From a virus (Duplodnaviria > Caudoviricetes), in IMG/VR virus record IMGVR_UViG_3300044971_001666, positions 1-63,879 of that record: a DNA stretch of 63,879 bases, one strand, 5' to 3'. Under the pieces are notes generated by a model. It did not search any database, had not been told where the DNA came from, and was given only the letters and a program-made list of their open reading frames with translations. Made by a program: the position numbers and the translations under genes. Of this stretch, positions 58,502 to 63,879 are shown in pieces. The first letter of the stretch is position 1. The number at the start of each line of letters is the position of its first letter.

Positions 58502-59170
58502 TTATATTGCTTCGCTAATTAGTTTTTCTTTTACCTCTACTGTTAAACTGTATTTCTTTTCAATGTCGGTAATCTTATTACCTTCTCTTAGCCATTTTAA
58601 GGCAGCAGCATATTCGGGTGTATTTGCATTTAAAGATGGTTTTTGTTTAGGTGCTGCGGGTGGTGGTGTTTTTGGTGGTGGTGGAGTAGGTGGTACTTCT
58701 TCCTTTTTTCTATCAGGGTTATCAATATCATCTTCATCAGTAGCAATGTGAAAATATTTAAGTAAGAAATATCTTTCCCCATAAGTCAGTGCGCTGCCAA
58801 CTCCTTTATCGAAATCGTTCATCCCGTTAGCACCAAAAAGGTTTTCGTCTTTTTCGCCCGTTTCAGAATCTACCCAAGTAAATTTCATCATTACTTTTGA
58901 AAGTATTTCAATTTTAGGCTTACCGTTCCATTCTTTTGTTTCTTGGTTTTGAAATAACGAAACTTTGTAATCGGTTTTTTGGTTTTCTATGGAAATAATT
59001 TCTTGCTTTAAGAGTAGCCCTAAATCATTCATCAAAGGCTTAATTTCTCCTAAAACTTTGTCGCCCGTTACATACTTGTAACCCATAGCTGTCTTGTCTT
59101 TACCTAATCCATTTATTTTCTTTTGAATAGTAAGTAATTTTTGGTAAATATTTAGTTTTTGTTCGCTCAT
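58502..59170 (-). CDS. ERF-family single-strand annealing protein
   Basis: NIYQKL..IQ...YKY...DKGVGSALTYGERY.L...F.I.T.DD.D. Confidence 0.85.
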   Translation of the reverse strand: MSEQKLNIYQKLLTIQKKINGLGKDKTAMGYKYVTGDKVLGEIKPLMNDLGLLLKQEIISIENQKTDYKVSLFQNQETKEWNGKPKIEILSKVMMKFTWVDSETGEKDENLFGANGMNDFDKGVGSALTYGERYFLLKYFHIATDEDDIDNPDRKKEEVPPTPPPPKTPPPAAPKQKPSLNANTPEYAAALKWLREGNKITDIEKKYSLTVEVKEKLISEAI

Positions 59171-59171
59171 T

Positions 59172-59408
59172 TTATTTGTGATTTACTGCTGTTAATTCTG
59201 AAATATTATACAATGAAAACATTTGTTGGGAGTGTAATCCCGCTTGTTTCCACGCTTCTTTTGCTTCACCAAGTTTGATATAATCTTCTTCGGTGCATGA
59301 TTCTTTATTAGTTTCACGTTTATAATGGTCGTATATTAATTTTTGGTCGTTAGTTGCTTGTACTGCTGCTCGGACTATTGCGAACTCTGCTTCTCTTTCG
59401 GGTTTCAT
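59172..59408 (-). CDS. hypothetical protein
   Basis: ORF in operon. Confidence 0.55.
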   Translation of the reverse strand: MKPEREAEFAIVRAAVQATNDQKLIYDHYKRETNKESCTEEDYIKLGEAKEAWKQAGLHSQQMFSLYNISELTAVNHK

Positions 59409-59410
59409 AG

Positions 59411-60484
59411 TTAAATGTTTTCAACTTGTGTTTTAGCCCAAGCTTTGAAAGCGTCAAACTTATCTGAAATTAGTTTTGCAGTTTCGTTACCTTCTTCAAT
59501 ATAGGTTCTATTTATTTCAAAACTATCAACCCAAACTTGTAGTTTCTTTTTAATAGGTGCTTTAGCTAACTTTTCAGCTTCTTTCTTAGCTTTTTCTTCG
59601 GCTGCAATCTTTTGTTCGTAAGCATCATTTTCGGATTTTTGTTTAGCTTCCAACTCTGCTTCTAGCTTTTCTTTTGCTTCACGTTCAGCATTAAATTTTT
59701 CTCTTTCAATAGCTGCTAATCTTACTGTTTCTGCGTTAATTGCTTCTTGTTCTTTACGAATAATCTCTTCACGCTCCGCTTTTTCTTTAGCAGCCTTTTC
59801 TTTTTCAATCCTAAGTTCTTCTTCTTTAGCTAATCTTTCGGCAGCAATTTGTTTTTCACGTTCTTCTGCTTCTGCTTTAAGCCTTTCATTTTCAACTCGG
59901 ATTCTTTCGTTTTCGATTCTTTCGTTTTCCTCGTCAATCAGTCTTTGTGCTTCTGCTAATTTAGCTGCTTCGATTTTATCTTCGTGTTCTTTTTTCTTAG
60001 CAGCATAAAACGCTTCCCAAACATCATCTTGCATATTACCTAAATCCATTCTTTCAGCGTTTTCTACATACCCTGAAATTAGGTTTACTCGCAATGATTG
60101 AACTTTTGCAATACGTTCTCTCTCTAAAATTTCTTGACGCTTTTCGATTTGCTCTAACGCTTCTTCCATGCGGTTATTTACTTCTAACTCACGCTTTTTA
60201 ATAGCATCTACAAACTGACCGCCACGAAGATAAAATTCTTTATTCGTTTCGTGCCACTTAACAATACCTTTTGTTCGGTTGTCTTTGATAAGTTTTCTTA
60301 ACTCTGATGCACGTTTAGCGGTTTTAGGGTCGTCTATGTCTAAGGTAATTATTTCTGCATACTGCTCGCTTAGAATTACTCTTTCGGCTAAAATTTGCGA
60401 CAATCCTTTTGTAATGTTTGACGCTGTTTCTTCTGTTAAACCGAACTCTGTCGGATTGATTTTTACGATTTCTGTGTTTTCCAT
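59411..60484 (-). CDS. coiled-coil protein
   Basis: Glu/Lys/Ala-rich heptads; K.FYLRGGQFVD. Confidence 0.7.
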   Translation of the reverse strand: MENTEIVKINPTEFGLTEETASNITKGLSQILAERVILSEQYAEIITLDIDDPKTAKRASELRKLIKDNRTKGIVKWHETNKEFYLRGGQFVDAIKKRELEVNNRMEEALEQIEKRQEILERERIAKVQSLRVNLISGYVENAERMDLGNMQDDVWEAFYAAKKKEHEDKIEAAKLAEAQRLIDEENERIENERIRVENERLKAEAEEREKQIAAERLAKEEELRIEKEKAAKEKAEREEIIRKEQEAINAETVRLAAIEREKFNAEREAKEKLEAELEAKQKSENDAYEQKIAAEEKAKKEAEKLAKAPIKKKLQVWVDSFEINRTYIEEGNETAKLISDKFDAFKAWAKTQVENI

Positions 60485-60493
60485 TTTATTTTT

Positions 60494-60844
60494 TTATCCT
60501 GTTATTGTTACTACTTTAAAAATTCTTTCCATATCTAAACACGCTTGACGGTAATTTAGAAATATTTGTTTGTGCTTCATTCTCGCCACAGCTTCTCCAA
60601 TTGTTACCACTATTATAGGTGAATCGGTATCGTGTATCTCGTAAACTTCTGTACGCTTATACAACTCAATTTTCCTATCTTTTAGTCCTTCAATTTCCAT
60701 GTGATAGGATTTGACTAAAACCAAGTCAGTAGGCTTTTCTTGCGGAATATTGCGGTTCATAAGTAGCTTGTATAGTATTATTCCAAACCAAACTACAACG
60801 CTTCCTATGGCTGCGATAATTGTGTATAGCGCTAATTTTTCCAT
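60494..60844 (-). CDS. membrane-anchored hypothetical protein
   Basis: N-terminal TM helix. Confidence 0.6.
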   Translation of the reverse strand: MEKLALYTIIAAIGSVVVWFGIILYKLLMNRNIPQEKPTDLVLVKSYHMEIEGLKDRKIELYKRTEVYEIHDTDSPIIVVTIGEAVARMKHKQIFLNYRQACLDMERIFKVVTITG

Positions 60845-60845
60845 G

Positions 60846-61073
60846 TTATTCCGTCCAATATGTTACGGTAACATCAATACTTGCACCCATTTCAAATGCG
60901 ATTTTATCTCCAATATAACCACGATAAATATTAATCATTGTATCGCTGCTTATTTGTTTTGATTCTTCCTTAATAACATCAACTTTATATTGAAGTATTA
61001 CTGCGGGATTGGTAGAAAAAAATACACTATTATCTCCAAATCCTTTTTCTACTGATTTTATTTTATTTTCCAT
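60846..61073 (-). CDS. hypothetical protein
   Basis: ORF in operon. Confidence 0.6.
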   Translation of the reverse strand: MENKIKSVEKGFGDNSVFFSTNPAVILQYKVDVIKEESKQISSDTMINIYRGYIGDKIAFEMGASIDVTVTYWTE

Positions 61074-61163
61074 ATTTTTATCTAATTATTGTTTGAACTA
61101 TGTAAAACATAAACACAGCTAATATAGCGATGTATCCTAAAATTTGCAATGCTTTTTTCATAG

Positions 61164-61562
61164 TTATTGTTCGTTTAAAAGTTCGGGATTTTCGTAAATA
61201 TTACCAACAACAATACAACTATCTGTAAGGTAGCTGTCAAATGGAATGATTTTATTATGTGATTTTATTTCAGCATGAAAAGCAGCGTGAATTTCATCTC
61301 CATAATCATTGCAATTTTTGTTGATATAATATACTTTGCAAGTTAGTCTTTCTCCAACCTTCATAATATCGCCATCATAAATAGGATTTCCTTTTCTATC
61401 TGACACGCCAGTAAATTGCATTAATTCAAAATGCTCAATATTTTTTGGCTCGTTTAAATTGTCTTCGTAATCTATTTCTTCGGTATCTAGCAATAACATA
61501 GTAACTTTTACCATTTGTTTGTACTGCTTATCCCACGCTCTAAATTTTGGTATGTTTTTCAT
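61164..61562 (-). CDS. YopX family protein
   Basis: KFRAWD...LMQFTG..D.KG.PIYDGDI...VVGNIYENPELL. Confidence 0.92.
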   Translation of the reverse strand: MKNIPKFRAWDKQYKQMVKVTMLLLDTEEIDYEDNLNEPKNIEHFELMQFTGVSDRKGNPIYDGDIMKVGERLTCKVYYINKNCNDYGDEIHAAFHAEIKSHNKIIPFDSYLTDSCIVVGNIYENPELLNEQ

Positions 61563-61726
61563 TATTCAATAGGGGTTTTTTGTGATTTAATTAATTTAAC
61601 TTGACTAGCTATGTAGTCAATACACTTTTCGTAAATACGAGGGTCAACTCTTCGTGCTATACGCTTTGTTGGTAATTCGTTTTTGTTGCGCCCTAGTTTT
61701 GTTTTGGGGGTTGGTTTATTTTTCAT
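61562..61726 (-). CDS. small basic protein, possibly DNA-binding (not in ORF track)
   Basis: manual translation MKNKPTPKTKLGRNKNELPTKRIARRVDPRIYEKCIDYIASQVKLIKSQKTPIE. Confidence 0.5.
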   Translation of the reverse strand: MKNKPTPKTKLGRNKNELPTKRIARRVDPRIYEKCIDYIASQVKLIKSQKTPIE

Positions 61727-61728
61727 GT

Positions 61729-62019
61729 TTAAAAAGGTAATATTTGTATGTTTTTTATAAAAGTTTCTATTTTGTTTTTTCTATTTGCTTTTAGCCATGT
61801 TAAACTTTTTGGCTTAGTGTTTATCTTAGCGACCTTACATCTACCACTCATATAGGTTGATACTGGTTTTAAATTGCTGTTTATTTTCTTGTAAACCTCA
61901 TTGCCACTAAAAACATAATCTGTGTTCGGTAAATAATGAGTTATAATTACAAAATCACAACTCATTATTCTTTCTGTCGGTATAGCCGAAATGCTTGTTA
62001 TTGTTGGTTGTATTACCAT
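61729..62019 (-). CDS. small basic array-adjacent protein ending in LPF
   Basis: YVF...LKPVS...K..SL...LPF; resembles 43075..43305. Confidence 0.7.
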   Translation of the reverse strand: MVIQPTITSISAIPTERIMSCDFVIITHYLPNTDYVFSGNEVYKKINSNLKPVSTYMSGRCKVAKINTKPKSLTWLKANRKNKIETFIKNIQILPF

Positions 62020-62020
62020 G

Positions 62021-62043
62021 TTGTTTCGCCAATCTACGAGTTA
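62021..62043 (+). other. candidate attI-like terminal site of array 2
   Basis: TTGTT-TCGCCAATCTACGA-GTTA. Confidence 0.5.
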
Positions 62044-63276
62044 CTTGCAAGTGGGCGGACGTGTTCTATATTAAGCATTCGTTTCAAAACTTTTTAAAAA
62101 ATTAGCCCCACCCGCTTCGGTTTTTTCAAAACCGTTTAGTTTAGACAGCCATTGCTCATAAATTTCATCCGCTATCCTTGCAGTCATTATAGGTGGCACA
62201 CTCATTCCAACCAAATAAATCACTTTGTTTGTTTTAAAATCATAGTCCATTGGATAGCTACCCGCTTTTTTTATTGCATCATCTGAAATATGTTGTGGTG
62301 TTTCAAAATCTATAAATTTGCCATTAGCTGTTATGGTATTTAAACTGCTGTTATGTTTTACCAGTATTGCATTAAAATCAGATAACAAACCACGTTCCCT
62401 TGCATTTATATCACCCAAATTTGTATCACTATCTATTTTTTTGCCCCATAGCATTTGTTGGTGTTCTGTTAATGGCTTGCCTAATTTGTCGGCAAATTCA
62501 CCATAAAAAATTTCGGGTTCTTTAAATGTCAATTCCAATTTTGGAACTACTGTAAACATATCAGCATTATACAAAAAAGGTTCTGCCAAATCCTTTCTCA
62601 TTGCAACAAAAAACACTCTTTCTCTGCGTTGTGGCACACCCATTTTTGAAGCATCCAGTAACCAATGTTGGCAGTAATAACCAGCCAAATCAAATTCCCT
62701 ATAAATTTGCCTTACATATTGCTTTGCTTCACCTAATAACAATCCTTTTACATTTTCAGCTACTACCACTTTTGGTTGCAGTTTTTTAGCCAAATCGATA
62801 AAATCAAAAAACAAAGTGTCCAATACTTGTTCAGCTTGTCCCTCTCTAAATACTTTGTCTTTGCCCCAATCTTTTTCACGATTACCTGCCATTGAAAAAC
62901 TGCTACAAGGTGGCGAACCATCCAAAATATCTAAATTGTAAAGTTCATCAGGCAAATCAGTTCTTAATTTAAAGGTCTGTATTGGCTCTAAATAAGCATA
63001 TTTTGGATTATGGTTAGCTTTGTATGCTTCAATCATTTTCGGGTCAATCTCATTGCACCCTAATACATCAAATCCAGCTAATTTATAACCCATTGTTGAT
63101 CCACCGCCACAAGCAAAACAACTAAATACTTTGCCTTTGTCTTTTGTAAATACTGCATCTTTTAAAGTCCAGTTGTAATTGTAAGTTTTTTTTGCCATCG
63201 CTTCGCTAATTTTTTAAAAAGTTTTGTTTAGTATTTCAATTAAAGTTTTGTGCTGAAAATCCCACCAGCAAGTAAC
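62040..63276 (-). mobile_element. gene cassette B1 (DNA methyltransferase)
   Basis: ends GTTACTTGCAAGTGGG (62040-55) and CCCACCAGCAAGTAAC (63261-76), 14/16; inner perfect 22-nt inverted repeat. Confidence 0.8.
62071..63198 (-). CDS. DNA (cytosine-5)-methyltransferase
   Basis: FACGGG (motif I), DGSPPC (IV), ENVKG (VI), QRRERVF (VIII), GMSVPP (X). Confidence 0.95.
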   Translation of the reverse strand: MAKKTYNYNWTLKDAVFTKDKGKVFSCFACGGGSTMGYKLAGFDVLGCNEIDPKMIEAYKANHNPKYAYLEPIQTFKLRTDLPDELYNLDILDGSPPCSSFSMAGNREKDWGKDKVFREGQAEQVLDTLFFDFIDLAKKLQPKVVVAENVKGLLLGEAKQYVRQIYREFDLAGYYCQHWLLDASKMGVPQRRERVFFVAMRKDLAEPFLYNADMFTVVPKLELTFKEPEIFYGEFADKLGKPLTEHQQMLWGKKIDSDTNLGDINARERGLLSDFNAILVKHNSSLNTITANGKFIDFETPQHISDDAIKKAGSYPMDYDFKTNKVIYLVGMSVPPIMTARIADEIYEQWLSKLNGFEKTEAGGANFLKSFETNA

Positions 63277-63360
63277 AAGGCATTGGCAAAAGCGGCTGAC
63301 AAGTTCCTGCATAAATCAAGCGGTTTCCAAGCCGCCTTCGCCAATGCCCAACCGTTAGCG
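63270..63360. repeat. attC-like site
   Basis: AAGTAAC-aa-GGCATTGGCAAAAGCGGCT...AGCCGCCTTCGCCAATGCC-caacc-GTTAGCG. Confidence 0.85.
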
Positions 63361-63797
63361 GTCATTCTAAACCGACACCCGATACAATCCTTTTTCATTG
63401 GGTTTTAAATCTACATTAAAGATAAATGACGACTTCCCAGTTTTTAATAAATCGAAAGTATCATCAAAGAAATTCATTAAATCCTTTGACGAAAAACGCA
63501 ATGTATGTGGGTCTTTTCGTTTTAAAATAAACGCATCATCTTCATCATCTTTTAAGACATAAGCCGTTTTTGCTTTTTGATTAAATCCAAACATTAAACC
63601 ATCATTATCATCAACATTTAAAGCCTTTGCGACAATATCGCTAACAATAAACCGACCGTTTTTTAACTCCAGTTTTATTACTGGTTTTTTAAATGTTCTC
63701 AATTGTGAATGAGAACTTCGCTTTACAAATACTATTTCTTCCATTTTTTGATATATTTTTATATTAATTTATGAGATAAAAAGAACGAACCGCTAAC
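63354..63797 (-). mobile_element. gene cassette B2
   Basis: ends GTTAGCGGT (63354-62) and ACCGCTAAC (63789-97), perfect inverted match. Confidence 0.8.
63367..63744 (-). CDS. hypothetical cassette protein
   Basis: 125 aa ORF whose stop overlaps the cassette end. Confidence 0.75.
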   Translation of the reverse strand: MEEIVFVKRSSHSQLRTFKKPVIKLELKNGRFIVSDIVAKALNVDDNDGLMFGFNQKAKTAYVLKDDEDDAFILKRKDPHTLRFSSKDLMNFFDDTFDLLKTGKSSFIFNVDLKPNEKGLYRVSV

Positions 63798-63879
63798 ACG
63801 GGTTTGGCAAAAGTGGGCAGAAACATTCTGCTAAAATTGAACATCATACAAGCCCACCTTCGCCAAGCCCGAAAACGTT
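63791..63879. repeat. attC-like site cut by the window end
   Basis: CGCTAAC-a-CGGGTTTGGCAAAAGTGGGC...GCCCACCTTCGCCAAGCCCG-aaaac-GTT(end). Confidence 0.85.

Noticed and set aside
62040-63797. IS elements or MITEs
   Set aside because: No transposase and no target-site duplications seen; units are joined through attC-like hairpins at GTT/AAC.
1-63879. Stop-codon reassignment, tRNA genes, terminal redundancy
   Set aside because: Genes are intact and densely packed under the standard code, no cloverleaf was noticed by eye (tRNAscan not run), and the two window ends do not overlap.

Overview
AT-rich tailed-phage genome fragment (about 64 kb, probably most of the genome, not demonstrably circular) from a Bacteroidota host, judged from recurrent TAnnTTTG promoter motifs and DUF3127/DnaA-C/YopX-type genes. 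The virion module looks podovirus/crAss-like: terminase with a class-3 LAGLIDADG intein, portal, scaffold, major capsid protein, ejection proteins including a 4390-aa polyvalent protein, three tail-tube-like proteins, a tail stabilization protein and a lysis block. Replication is lambdoid-like (initiator, SF4 helicase, ERF-type annealing protein), with no DNA or RNA polymerase recognised. The main finding is two integron-like gene-cassette arrays (40.7-43.1 kb on +, and 62.0 kb to the window end on -). Each cassette is bounded by its own GTT...AAC inverted ends, and cassettes are separated by attC-like hairpins. Each array ends in a shared non-palindromic TTGTT-N14-GTTA site next to a small basic gene ending in LPF. 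No integron integrase is present in the window, and the cassette genes appear inverted relative to inferred attC polarity. Other points: kinase-like and zincin-like domains in the giant protein, two promoter-leader RNAs with complementary loops, and a catalytically degenerate RNase H fold. All assignments are by-eye motif recognition; no database searches were run.
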